From a virus, in the IMG/VR virus record IMGVR_UViG_3300025705_000581: a stretch of 64,000 nucleotides of DNA; one strand, written 5' to 3'. The notes under the pieces are model-generated. The model worked only from the letters and a program-made list of their open reading frames with translations, ran no database searches and was not told the DNA's origin. This document shows positions 37,136 through 46,776 of the stretch, piece by piece. How positions within the stretch are numbered: the stretch's first letter is position 1; each line of letters starts with the position of its first letter. The position numbers and the translations under genes were made by a program.

Positions 37136-38224
37136 ATGAGTCTTTTAGACAAACTTGTAAAGAATTCTACCATTAAATTGACGGCACAGTTATCTGAGTC
37201 AAAAGTTTTTGGCAAGAAAGAAATGGCACCAACACCTGTACCTATGGTAAATGTTGCGCTGTCAGGCCGTGTTGATGGTGGCCTATCACCAGGTCTCCTT
37301 GTTTTGGCAGGCCCATCAAAACACTTTAAATCCGCATTTGCTCTGTTAACTGCAGCAGCATATTTGAATAAACACGAAGATGCTATCTTGTTGTTTTATG
37401 ATTCAGAATTTGGTACACCTCAATCATATTTTGAATCATTTGGTATTGACATGGATCGAGTCGTCCATACACCAATTACCAATGTTGAAGAACTCAAATT
37501 TGATGTTACGAAACAATTGGACGGTATTGAGAAAAAGGATAATGTTTGTATTATCATTGACTCAGTTGGTAACCTTGCATCTAAGAAAGAAGTCGAAGAT
37601 GCGATGAATGAAAAATCAGTTGCTGATATGTCTCGAGCAAAGGCACTGAAATCATTGTTCCGAATTGTTACACCACATCTTAATTTGAAAGATATCCCAC
37701 TGATTGCGGTAAACCATACGTATCAGGAAATTGGTTTGTTTCCTAAAGCTATTGTTTCAGGTGGGACTGGTATTTACTACTCTGCTGATGCAATTTGGAT
37801 TATTGGTCGCCAACAGGATAAGGTTGGCACTGAAATTCAAGGTTATCACTTTGTTATTAATATTGAAAAATCACGCCATGTTAAAGAAAAATCTAAAATT
37901 CCAATCAGCGTAAGTTGGGAAGGCGGTATCGTTAAATGGTCTGGTTTGATGGATGTAGCTGAAAAAGGTGGTTACCTCCGTAAACCAAAAGTTGGTTGGT
38001 ATGAAGCAGTTAACCCAGAAACCGGTGAGGTTATTTCTGAAAAGCTGATGCGTGCCAAAGAGGTTAACGATAACAAAGAGTTTTGGTTAATGATGTTTGA
38101 GAAAACTAATCTCACAACATATATTAAAGATGCCTTTACAATTGGAGCCTCAGGTAGTATTATGCGTGAAGAAACGGATGAACCTGAAGTAATTGAAGAT
38201 CTTGTTGTGGATACCGAAGAATAA
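37136..38224 (+). CDS. uvsX: RecA-like recombinase UvsX
   Basis: AGPSKHFKS, YDSEFG, IIDSVGNL, SGGTG. Confidence 0.95.
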   Translation: MSLLDKLVKNSTIKLTAQLSESKVFGKKEMAPTPVPMVNVALSGRVDGGLSPGLLVLAGPSKHFKSAFALLTAAAYLNKHEDAILLFYDSEFGTPQSYFESFGIDMDRVVHTPITNVEELKFDVTKQLDGIEKKDNVCIIIDSVGNLASKKEVEDAMNEKSVADMSRAKALKSLFRIVTPHLNLKDIPLIAVNHTYQEIGLFPKAIVSGGTGIYYSADAIWIIGRQQDKVGTEIQGYHFVINIEKSRHVKEKSKIPISVSWEGGIVKWSGLMDVAEKGGYLRKPKVGWYEAVNPETGEVISEKLMRAKEVNDNKEFWLMMFEKTNLTTYIKDAFTIGASGSIMREETDEPEVIEDLVVDTEE

Positions 38225-38315
38225 CAGTTGACAAGTTCTTACATCTGTAATACAATTAATATTGTGGCGGGTAACTTATTGCTCGCCACAAATCATCTCA
38301 ACTTATGGATATCCA

Positions 38316-39734
38316 ATGATTGAAAAAACAGTATTAACAAACCTTATATTTAACCGTGAGTATTTTCAAAAGGTATTTCCGTATATTAAATCGGATTACT
38401 TTGAGGATGCTAATATCAAAAAGATCTTTGATACATATTCGTCATATGTTGAAGATTACAAAGAACCACCTTCCGTCGAAGCACTCAAGCTGTCCGTTGA
38501 TAAACGTAAAGATTTGAATGAAGATACCTATAAAGGTGTTATGACTGAAATTGATACAATGGCAATTGATGAGAATACTAACTTTGATTGGTTGGTAGGT
38601 GAAACAGAAAAATTCTGTCAAGACCGTGATTTATATAATGCAATCCGTAAAGCAATTTTGGTTGTTGATGGTACTGATAAAGAATTTGATAAAGGTGCCT
38701 TACCTCAACTTTTGAGTGACTCGCTTGCTGTTAATTTTGATACATCAATCGGCCATGATTACCTTGAAGATTATGACTCTCGATATGACTTCTATCACAA
38801 GAAAGAAGAACGCATTCCGTTTGATATTGATCTTCTCAACAAGATTACTAAAGGTGGTTTGCCACGCAAATCTATGACTGTATTGTTGGCAACAACAGGT
38901 GGCGGTAAATCATTAGTTAAATGTCACCATGCTGCATCGGCACTGATGCACGGTAACAATGTCTTATACATTACAATGGAAATGGCAGAAGAACGTATCT
39001 CTGAACGTATTGATGCCAATATGATGGATGTAACAATTGATGAAGTTTCTGAAACCCCACGTGATGTATTTGCCAAACGTATTAATCGCTTCAAAGGTAA
39101 AACAACAGGCAAACTTGTTGTTAAAGAATATCCAACAGGTTCGGCTCACGTCGGTCATTTCCGACATTTGCTAAACGAATTAAAAATGAAACGCAACTTC
39201 ACTCCTGATATTATCTTTATTGATTATCTAAACATCTGTGCGTCGGCACGTGTCAAAGGTGCAGCTGCAGCTAACTCGTATACGTTAGTTAAATCAATTG
39301 CCGAGGAGGTGCGTGGTCTTGCTATGGAATACAATTGTGCCGTTGTTACTAGTTCTCAGTTTAACCGTGATGGGTATGGCAATTCTGATGTGGATCTTAC
39401 GAATACTTCTGAATCCATGGGCATTACTCATACTGCTGATTGTATTATTGGCTTGATCTCATCTGAAGAGCTCGACAACCTTGGTCAATTAATGTTTAAA
39501 CAATTGAAAAATCGTTGGGGTGATTTGAATTATTTCCGCCGATTTGTTGTTGGTATTGACCGTGCTAAAATGAAACTATATGACCTTGAGGATTATGCTC
39601 AGTCAAGTGTTAGCCAGGACACCGCTAATACAACACCACAACAACCAAGATCTTTTGATGATGCGCCTGTATTTGATAAAGGTAATTTTGGTAAAAGTAA
39701 AAAGAAATTATTTGACTCAGGAGATTTAATGTAA
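38316..39734 (+). CDS. gp41: replicative DnaB-like helicase gp41
   Basis: TTGGGKS, ITMEMAEE, IDYLNI, QFNR, QLKNR; start adjusted to MIEKTV. Confidence 0.95.
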   Translation: MIEKTVLTNLIFNREYFQKVFPYIKSDYFEDANIKKIFDTYSSYVEDYKEPPSVEALKLSVDKRKDLNEDTYKGVMTEIDTMAIDENTNFDWLVGETEKFCQDRDLYNAIRKAILVVDGTDKEFDKGALPQLLSDSLAVNFDTSIGHDYLEDYDSRYDFYHKKEERIPFDIDLLNKITKGGLPRKSMTVLLATTGGGKSLVKCHHAASALMHGNNVLYITMEMAEERISERIDANMMDVTIDEVSETPRDVFAKRINRFKGKTTGKLVVKEYPTGSAHVGHFRHLLNELKMKRNFTPDIIFIDYLNICASARVKGAAAANSYTLVKSIAEEVRGLAMEYNCAVVTSSQFNRDGYGNSDVDLTNTSESMGITHTADCIIGLISSEELDNLGQLMFKQLKNRWGDLNYFRRFVVGIDRAKMKLYDLEDYAQSSVSQDTANTTPQQPRSFDDAPVFDKGNFGKSKKKLFDSGDLM

Positions 39735-39925
39735 TGGCTTATGTTGTGACTCAAAAAGATAAACGCTGGCAGTTATACAATACGGAAAGTGACGAATGGA
39801 TTGAAATAAATGTTAGTAAACGTGAAGCTAATAAGATGGCTCGTCGCCTAAACCTTGGGTCAGGTTTCTATCAATCACCTGTACCTTCCTTTTTTCAGAA
39901 ATATAACAATTCAGCAGAATTATAA
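39734..39925 (+). CDS. hypothetical protein
   Basis: TAATG coupling. Confidence 0.6.
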   Translation: MAYVVTQKDKRWQLYNTESDEWIEINVSKREANKMARRLNLGSGFYQSPVPSFFQKYNNSAEL

Positions 39926-39956
39926 ATAGTTTTAAATAAACACAGCGGAGCTTACT

Positions 39957-40667
39957 ATGTTACGGTTTAAGACATTTATAAATGAGAAAAAAGATCCTGA
40001 AGCAAAGGAAAAGATGCACCTTGCGCACTTTAATGACGAAGTAAATCGTGTTAAAAAAGAAACAGGCAAGGACCATGTGGTATTACATCATAATGGCAAA
40101 AAGCATCAAATTACCCATGCCGAAAAGGTTAATGGTACACCGAAAGCCGATTTTAAACTACACGATAAAAAAGGCAATCACGTTTACGTTTCTCATAAGG
40201 ATTATAAAGGTTCAGGTGATGCTGCTAAATCGTATAATCAATTAGGTGGTGTTTCAAAGTTTAAAGATCATCCCGCGGTTAAAAAATTCCAAAAAGCTGT
40301 TGAAAAAGATCATGGTGGTACTGCCGAAGGAAAAGGCACCATCTCTATGCATCTCGACAATAAAAACAAACAACACCATGACCTAGTTAAAAAGGCATTG
40401 TTTGGTAAAGATCACGGCGGTAAGCACGGCCATGATGCGTGCCATAGTTTGATTCAAGGGCATATGAATTTGAAAAAGCATAAAGATGGGCATCATATTG
40501 ACGCTCACCATATTATGCACCACGACGAGCCAATTAAACACGACTATCATATCTTTGCAAGAACAGCGAAAAGTGGTAGTTCAAAAAGAAACGATTTGGG
40601 ACTAAAGCATACTCGTGTTGGTATCGGTATGAAAGCTGGGCGTAAAATATCTCACGAAGTTAAGTAA
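39957..40667 (+). CDS. His/Lys-rich putative internal head protein with PD-(D/E)XK-like nuclease motif
   Basis: N-terminus MLRFKTFINE; GTPKADF...VYVSHK; late promoter at 39921-39928. Confidence 0.6.
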   Translation: MLRFKTFINEKKDPEAKEKMHLAHFNDEVNRVKKETGKDHVVLHHNGKKHQITHAEKVNGTPKADFKLHDKKGNHVYVSHKDYKGSGDAAKSYNQLGGVSKFKDHPAVKKFQKAVEKDHGGTAEGKGTISMHLDNKNKQHHDLVKKALFGKDHGGKHGHDACHSLIQGHMNLKKHKDGHHIDAHHIMHHDEPIKHDYHIFARTAKSGSSKRNDLGLKHTRVGIGMKAGRKISHEVK

Positions 40668-41896
40668 TGAAAAAGTTTAGTACATTATTAAACGAGGCTA
40701 AAAACCTGCATATGACCCATGCGGAAGATGCGGTTATTGACGGCGGTGTTATGGGAACACGTAACGTCATTAATCATCTACGAGATATACGGGATATGCT
40801 TGGCGGCACATCAAAATCATCGGTTAACATTAGTGTTAAGTGGGATGGCGCACCTGCTGTATTTGCAGGTACTGACCCGAGTGATGGTAAATTCTTTGTT
40901 GCCAAAAAAGGTATATTCAATAAGAACCCAAAAGTATATAAAACGCATGCTGACATTGATGCGGATACAAGTGGTGAACTTGCAATAAAATTAAAACTTG
41001 CTCTTGATGAGTTTTCAAAACTCGGTATCAAAGGTGTAGTACAAGGTGATTTTTTATATGAAAGAAGTGATATTAAAGAAGATACGATTGATGGAGAACC
41101 GCATATTACTTTCCATCCTAATACGATTGTTTACGCGGTACCAAAGTCGTCAGCCCTTGCTAAAGAAATACTCGGATCCAAGGTCGGTGTGGTCTGGCAT
41201 ACAGTCTATCGAGGAGACTCATTTGAAACAATGTCAGCAAGTTTTGGAGAGGAGATTGCATCTGGACTCAAAAAGGTAAAATCCTGTTGGAGTGTTGATG
41301 CGGTATTCCGAGATCAATCAGGTACAGCTAATATGACAAAAGCTGAAACCGATGCAGTAACACTTGCACTATCGAACGCAGGTAAGTTATTCCGTATGGT
41401 ACCTAAAAAGACATTAGATGATGTTGCTAATAATGAAGCAATCAATCAAAGATTAAACGTATATATTAATTCAAAGGTTCGTGAAGGACAGCGGGTTGGT
41501 AAACCTAAAGCTTTCGTTAAAGGATTTGAGAAATATATGAATACTTATTTTGATAAAGAAATCGCTGAAAAGAAATCACCTAAGGGTAAGGCGACATGGC
41601 AAGGTAAAAAAGATGTTGCTATGAAGTTCTTTAAAACAAACAAATCAAAAGATCTTGAAAATATGTTTACGATGTATAATCACATCGTAGATGCAAAGCA
41701 CCTTATTGTTAAAAAGCTTAACATGGTAGGTGGATTAAGAACTTTACTCAAAACGAGTAAAGGATATGAAGTAACAGGCCAAGAAGGGTTTGTCGCTATT
41801 GATAGATATGGCAAAAACGCATTAAAACTTGTTGACAGATTAGAATTTAGTAAAGCTAATTTCTCAGACAAGTATATCAAAGGGTGGACAAAATAA
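40667..41896 (+). CDS. conserved T4-like protein with ligase/nucleotidyltransferase-like motifs, putative internal head protein
   Basis: MKKFSTLLNE; VKWDG, QGDF, QEGFV, LKLV. Confidence 0.6.
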   Translation: MKKFSTLLNEAKNLHMTHAEDAVIDGGVMGTRNVINHLRDIRDMLGGTSKSSVNISVKWDGAPAVFAGTDPSDGKFFVAKKGIFNKNPKVYKTHADIDADTSGELAIKLKLALDEFSKLGIKGVVQGDFLYERSDIKEDTIDGEPHITFHPNTIVYAVPKSSALAKEILGSKVGVVWHTVYRGDSFETMSASFGEEIASGLKKVKSCWSVDAVFRDQSGTANMTKAETDAVTLALSNAGKLFRMVPKKTLDDVANNEAINQRLNVYINSKVREGQRVGKPKAFVKGFEKYMNTYFDKEIAEKKSPKGKATWQGKKDVAMKFFKTNKSKDLENMFTMYNHIVDAKHLIVKKLNMVGGLRTLLKTSKGYEVTGQEGFVAIDRYGKNALKLVDRLEFSKANFSDKYIKGWTK

Positions 41897-42231
41897 TGGC
41901 ATGGGTAGATGTTCCGGGATCACCAACAATTTTAGTTAGTGGAACACCAACTAAAATTTGGCAATATGATAACGCTCCTACATTGGGAACATTGGTAAAT
42001 GCTAATGCAAAAGTTCAAGACGATCCTGACGCAGGTCAAGTAGATGAATATTATAGAGCAAATGGCGCCGTAACAAATGGTATCAGATCTTTCACACCTC
42101 CAGGTGGTAATACACAAGAAACATATGTAAAATGTAAAAAGGTTCAACCAACTGGAAAAATTTATCCAGACTCTAATACAAATGGACCTTGGAGTGAATT
42201 AAGCAAAAACTATTATGACGGGAAAATCTAA
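41896..42231 (+). CDS. putative virion structural protein
   Basis: TAATG coupling; MAWVDVPGS. Confidence 0.6.
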   Translation: MAWVDVPGSPTILVSGTPTKIWQYDNAPTLGTLVNANAKVQDDPDAGQVDEYYRANGAVTNGIRSFTPPGGNTQETYVKCKKVQPTGKIYPDSNTNGPWSELSKNYYDGKI

Positions 42232-43019
42232 TGGCTATTTGGAACAAATTAACACAAGCATTTTTACCAGGCAATAAAACATTATTCGAAGCATTTATGC
42301 TCGCAGATAAAGATGGTAATATTATTAATTCATTTGGCGCTTCTAGTAACATTCCTATTTCTGCTGGTCTTGTAGATGGATATGGTCACATTAATAAGTT
42401 TGGTGCAACCGACGGTGACGTAACCGCGGGTACTATTTGGGATGGGAATAGCGGTACAGCCGTATATCCATATCCTGCTGACAGTGTTGTTGCTATTTCT
42501 TCAACACAAAACTCAGGCGCCGCGGTTTTAGTTGAAGGTCTTGACGCTAACTTTGAAAGCATTTCAGAAACAATTAATATTGGCTCAACGGGATCTACTG
42601 TATTCTCTCGTATCTTTAGAGCAAGAATGGTTGATACCAATAATGATAAAGATGTATCACTAACTATGGGTGGTACTGTTGCCGCTAAAATTCTTGAAGA
42701 TCAAGCTCAAACTCTTATGTGTGTTTATACTGTTCCTGCAGGTAAAACTGGCTATCTTATGAATATGCAAATGGGTTCAGATAAATCATCAACAAACGCT
42801 TCCACTCAGTATAGCCTAAGAGCAAGAGATACAGATGATGGAAACATATTCCAGATCAAAGGCATTAACTATGCTGCCGGTGGGCAAAACGTTGTTCACG
42901 AATATCCAGTTCCTTTAAGGTTTGAAGAGAAGACAGATATCAGAATTGATGTTGTAGCTGCTGGATCAGGTCAAACATTTGCTGCAACCCTTGATATTAT
43001 GTTAGTTGACAACGAATAA
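42231..43019 (+). CDS. putative virion structural protein
   Basis: Late operon; beta-rich G/S/T composition; YTVPAGKTGYL. Confidence 0.6.
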   Translation: MAIWNKLTQAFLPGNKTLFEAFMLADKDGNIINSFGASSNIPISAGLVDGYGHINKFGATDGDVTAGTIWDGNSGTAVYPYPADSVVAISSTQNSGAAVLVEGLDANFESISETINIGSTGSTVFSRIFRARMVDTNNDKDVSLTMGGTVAAKILEDQAQTLMCVYTVPAGKTGYLMNMQMGSDKSSTNASTQYSLRARDTDDGNIFQIKGINYAAGGQNVVHEYPVPLRFEEKTDIRIDVVAAGSGQTFAATLDIMLVDNE

Positions 43020-43185
43020 CTCGACAAGTTGTCACAGTTGACACTAGTGAATACCGGCTATACCAAATTGGTAACCGTTATTTACCTATTTCCCTAATAA
43101 ATATATTTGTAAAAAGGATTAAACCTAGGCATACGGTCTAGGATCGGATCATACAACATACACATATATTAGAGGAAACGGAAAA

Positions 43186-43440
43186 ATGTCACAAGCTATC
43201 CTTACAGCTCACAGTTTTTTAACACAAGGTGTTGAAGGTTTCATGGATTTTATGAAATCAGTAAACGAAAAAAGAATTCAGCATAAAGCAATCCGCGAAA
43301 CGGAAAAAGAATTGGGAAAATTGTCAAACGCAGAGTTGGATGATATTGGAATCACCCGCGGAGATATCTACACAATCGCACGTTCTAAAGATACCATTGA
43401 AAATGTAAGAGCAAATAACAATTTGCGGGGTTGGGTATAA
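43186..43440 (+). CDS. DUF1127 (YjiS-like) small protein
   Basis: ELGKLSNAELDDIGITRGDI signature. Confidence 0.85.
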   Translation: MSQAILTAHSFLTQGVEGFMDFMKSVNEKRIQHKAIRETEKELGKLSNAELDDIGITRGDIYTIARSKDTIENVRANNNLRGWV

Positions 43441-43631
43441 TGGAAGTAGTAGGAAACACACCAGTAGAAACACCACGCTTCATCCGTAAGTTTGGAAAAA
43501 TCATTGTTGCAATCGGAATGGGTATATGGGCATTTGGTGAAAGTGCAGGACGAGCAAGAGCAGCTGCTGAATTGTCACGTCAAGGATATCACCAAGAAGC
43601 ACGTAATTTGATGTTGGGAGATACAAAGTAA
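43440..43631 (+). CDS. small protein with one TM segment
   Basis: TAATG coupling; ARAAAELSRQGYHQEA. Confidence 0.7.
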   Translation: MEVVGNTPVETPRFIRKFGKIIVAIGMGIWAFGESAGRARAAAELSRQGYHQEARNLMLGDTK

Positions 43632-43765
43632 TGTTGAAACGTTTTATGAAAGCAATGGAATATCGTTCATACTGTATGGCTATTCGTCAACTGCGCCAAT
43701 GCGGCCATCACCGTGAAGCTAATGAGATTTCTGAGTACAAACATAATATGTATAAAACATGCTAG
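43631..43765 (+). CDS. micro-protein (44 aa)
   Basis: TAATG coupling; MLKRFMKAMEYRSYCMAIRQLRQCGHHREA... Confidence 0.6.
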   Translation: MLKRFMKAMEYRSYCMAIRQLRQCGHHREANEISEYKHNMYKTC

Positions 43766-43821
43766 ACCCAGATCATACATACACAAAACCAAAAGGTGAA
43801 AAGAAAAAAGGCGGCAAGTAA
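43759..43821 (+). CDS. putative 20-aa basic peptide
   Basis: MLDPDHTYTKPKGEKKKGGK*; overlaps the previous stop and couples by TAATG to the next ORF. Confidence 0.35.
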   Translation: MLDPDHTYTKPKGEKKKGGK

Positions 43822-43928
43822 TGCACGGTGATAGAGGTAACGTCAAAATAGTATGGTTGATGTTATTCCTATGCGTATTTTTACACCTTGGCTTAATACC
43901 AGTATGGATGTGGTATTTAGGTTTATAA
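43821..43928 (+). CDS. putative 35-aa single-TM peptide
   Basis: MHGDRGNVKIVWLMLFLCVFLHLGLIPVWMWYLGL*. Confidence 0.5.
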   Translation: MHGDRGNVKIVWLMLFLCVFLHLGLIPVWMWYLGL

Positions 43929-43997
43929 TATTAAAAACTTTATAAATAAAAAGGTGTTCACTAGTTGGGCACCTTTCATCATTTTAAAGGTTATATT

Positions 43998-44639
43998 ATG
44001 CCAGTCTTTACAGTTGAAATCAACAATAAAGTAGTTGAGTTTACGCATATACCAAAATGCGGCGGTACATCCGCAAAATGTATGATGCTCGAGGCATCAG
44101 GATTTGATTGGAGAAACTCCCCGGCAAATGATTGGGGATTGCCAATAGGTCAAAGAAAACATCAAAAACAAAATAACAAATTCATGGATCAGCATGGAAA
44201 AGGTAAATTTGGTAACGTAGATTATCGGTTCACTATTATCCGTGATCCTATTAAAAGACTTGTGTCTTGTTATACAAACCGAGTGTTGTTTTATAATAAG
44301 ATGAGAAATCGTGGTTGGGATAATTTTGTTGATAAGTTAGGTAACTATGCAGCAGGTGATATTTCTCACCATTCTTTTCCAATGACGTATTGGCTAGGTA
44401 AAGATCCTAACCGATATGATAAGATCTTTACAGTATCACAGGTTGGCACAGATATGCGTGAATGGTTATCAGAAATTGCAAACACTGATGTACCTGCGCT
44501 GCAGCGACAAGATGGTGGTAGAGAAAAACAAAGTAAAATTGTTATTACTGAAGATCAGATAACAAGAATTAAAAAATACTATAAAAATGATTATGAGAAT
44601 TGGTGGAATGATAAGGTTGTTCCACAGGAGTTTGTATAA
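43998..44639 (+). CDS. sulfotransferase family 2 protein
   Basis: FTHIPKCGGTS (5'-PSB), IIRDPIKRLVSCY (3'-PB); late promoter at 43941. Confidence 0.85.
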   Translation: MPVFTVEINNKVVEFTHIPKCGGTSAKCMMLEASGFDWRNSPANDWGLPIGQRKHQKQNNKFMDQHGKGKFGNVDYRFTIIRDPIKRLVSCYTNRVLFYNKMRNRGWDNFVDKLGNYAAGDISHHSFPMTYWLGKDPNRYDKIFTVSQVGTDMREWLSEIANTDVPALQRQDGGREKQSKIVITEDQITRIKKYYKNDYENWWNDKVVPQEFV

Positions 44640-45319
44640 TGTATATCCCAGAAATCAATACTTATTTTGTCCATGTTCCTAAAGCAGGTGGAACAAGTGT
44701 TGAATTATTCTTTCTTCGTAATGTATGTGGTTATCCTGACTTTCAAGAAAGAAATATGTTTCGGCAATTTATAACAAAATACGGTGGGCGAATAAATGCT
44801 TCACGGTATCATTTTGGACAACCAACACCTGAAAGATTACCTACTGGTGAAACACAGCATTTATCGGCATGGCAATTGAAAGCTTGGAATGATAAAGCCT
44901 TCACAGGATCTAAATACACATTTGCGTTTGTCCGAAACCCCTATGATAAATTTGTATCTGAGGTTATTTGGAAACGTGAAAGGCTACCTGGTAAAGCAAA
45001 TATAACATTTGAACAGCAGATTAGAGCTATGAAAGCGGAGACAGCGCGGGATAATATGAAAATACGTACTCCACATAATGCACCACAATGGAAGTTTGTA
45101 TATGATGAAAAAGATAATCTTATTGTTGATGACGTATTTAGGCTCGAGGAAATGGGTAAAGCACAAAAGGTTATATCGGAAAAACTCGGCATACCTATAA
45201 ACTTTGGGCATGAAAATAGAACAACACGAAAACATTATAAAGAATATTTGAATGCTGATTTAGTAAAACAACTTAAACCGTTAATTCAAAAAGATATGGA
45301 AGTATTCGGTTATGATTAA
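44639..45319 (+). CDS. sulfotransferase family 2 protein
   Basis: FVHVPKAGGTS, FVRNPYDKFVSE. Confidence 0.85.
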   Translation: MYIPEINTYFVHVPKAGGTSVELFFLRNVCGYPDFQERNMFRQFITKYGGRINASRYHFGQPTPERLPTGETQHLSAWQLKAWNDKAFTGSKYTFAFVRNPYDKFVSEVIWKRERLPGKANITFEQQIRAMKAETARDNMKIRTPHNAPQWKFVYDEKDNLIVDDVFRLEEMGKAQKVISEKLGIPINFGHENRTTRKHYKEYLNADLVKQLKPLIQKDMEVFGYD

Positions 45320-46019
45320 AACGCTATGGATATATTGGAATACAGGAATTAAAGCAGCACCACCAATTGTTCATAAATGCGTTGACAGTTGGAAACACCA
45401 TAATCCTACATGGAAAATAGTATTACTTGATAATACAAATCTTAGGGATTATTATAAAGGCACACAAGATGGGCGTAGTATTCAGGCGTGGTCTGATGTT
45501 GTTCGTATTAACCTACTTAAAGAATACGGCGGAGTGTGGGTAGATGCAACCGTTGCTTGTAATAAACCACTTGATAGTTGGTTACCTGCTCATGCTAAAA
45601 ACGGTTTCTTTGCGTTCCGAAAACCAAAACCTGATACCGAAGTTGCAAGCTGGTTTCTATATGCTGATAAAGATAATTGCATTGTAGATCGGTGGAAATT
45701 ATTGGTTGATGAGTATTGGAAGAACCGCCCAAATATAGATTATCTGTGGTTTCATGGTTTATTTAATAATGTATTAGAAGACCCTGCTTGTCAGGCAATG
45801 TGGAACAAAACTAAACCATGGCTGGCTAATCATAAACCACTTCCTGAAACACCTGACAACCCACACTGGTTTACACCATATAATGCCAGCAGATGGACAA
45901 AAATAAGAAAACAAGGATTGCCATTAACAGGACCTTGTTATAAATTAGCACACGGAACATCTAGGAGAATGATCCAAGAACCTACTATTATGAGGATATT
46001 TAATTATGAAAGTAAATAA
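45312..46019 (+). CDS. capsular polysaccharide synthesis/GT32-like DXD glycosyltransferase
   Basis: SDVVRINLLKEYGGVWVDAT. Confidence 0.85.
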   Translation: MIKTLWIYWNTGIKAAPPIVHKCVDSWKHHNPTWKIVLLDNTNLRDYYKGTQDGRSIQAWSDVVRINLLKEYGGVWVDATVACNKPLDSWLPAHAKNGFFAFRKPKPDTEVASWFLYADKDNCIVDRWKLLVDEYWKNRPNIDYLWFHGLFNNVLEDPACQAMWNKTKPWLANHKPLPETPDNPHWFTPYNASRWTKIRKQGLPLTGPCYKLAHGTSRRMIQEPTIMRIFNYESK

Positions 46020-46767
46020 GTATTATATAATTTATACTAATGATAACCTATCAAAACAATACGCAAATGATGCTGCCGAGCAATGTAAAAAGCTTGGATT
46101 AAATTATGAGTTATATGAAGGATGGAAACCAGAAGGTGGACCTGGTAAAATGTGGAGAAAGTTTACCGCTGAAACAGGAATTCCAATTAAATCATTTAAA
46201 AGAATGATGATTGGTGCTCATGGTTGTATGGCTTCTCATTTACAATTATGGCAAAGGATTGTTCAGAATAAAGAATGCGCTGTTATATTAGAACACGATG
46301 GGATGATGCTTCATAAAGTAAAGTTGGATATTCCCGATGATAAAATCGTTGCGTTAGGATACAAATATAGAGAATGGGAAGATTATGACTATAAGACTGC
46401 AGGTCAACCCGAAAGAATTAAAGATGTGAAATTTCATCCAGGTTCTCATGCGTATGCTATTACACACGTTACCGCACAGAAAATGATTGATGAAGTAACA
46501 AAGAAAGGTGTTACCGAGGCAATTGATAATCGTTGGTTTATGAGCACTCGGAAAAATTTCACCAAAGTACCAATGGCTATCTGTGATCCTATAGCAGCAA
46601 TTGGGTGGTTAAGATTATCAACTATTCAGGGATATAGTGCTCCTCATAATAATCATAGTGAAATGTTAGAATCTTTTAAGAACAACTTTAAAGGTCAGCT
46701 AAGAGAATCGGTTGTATTACCCAAAGGGTCTGTAAATATTATAAATAGAAACAAAATCAGAGAATAG
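46006..46767 (+). CDS. glycosyltransferase family 25
   Basis: GCMASHLQLW, ILEHD, HAYAIT..AQK. Confidence 0.8.
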   Translation: MKVNKYYIIYTNDNLSKQYANDAAEQCKKLGLNYELYEGWKPEGGPGKMWRKFTAETGIPIKSFKRMMIGAHGCMASHLQLWQRIVQNKECAVILEHDGMMLHKVKLDIPDDKIVALGYKYREWEDYDYKTAGQPERIKDVKFHPGSHAYAITHVTAQKMIDEVTKKGVTEAIDNRWFMSTRKNFTKVPMAICDPIAAIGWLRLSTIQGYSAPHNNHSEMLESFKNNFKGQLRESVVLPKGSVNIINRNKIRE

Positions 46768-46776
46768 AGGTATCCT

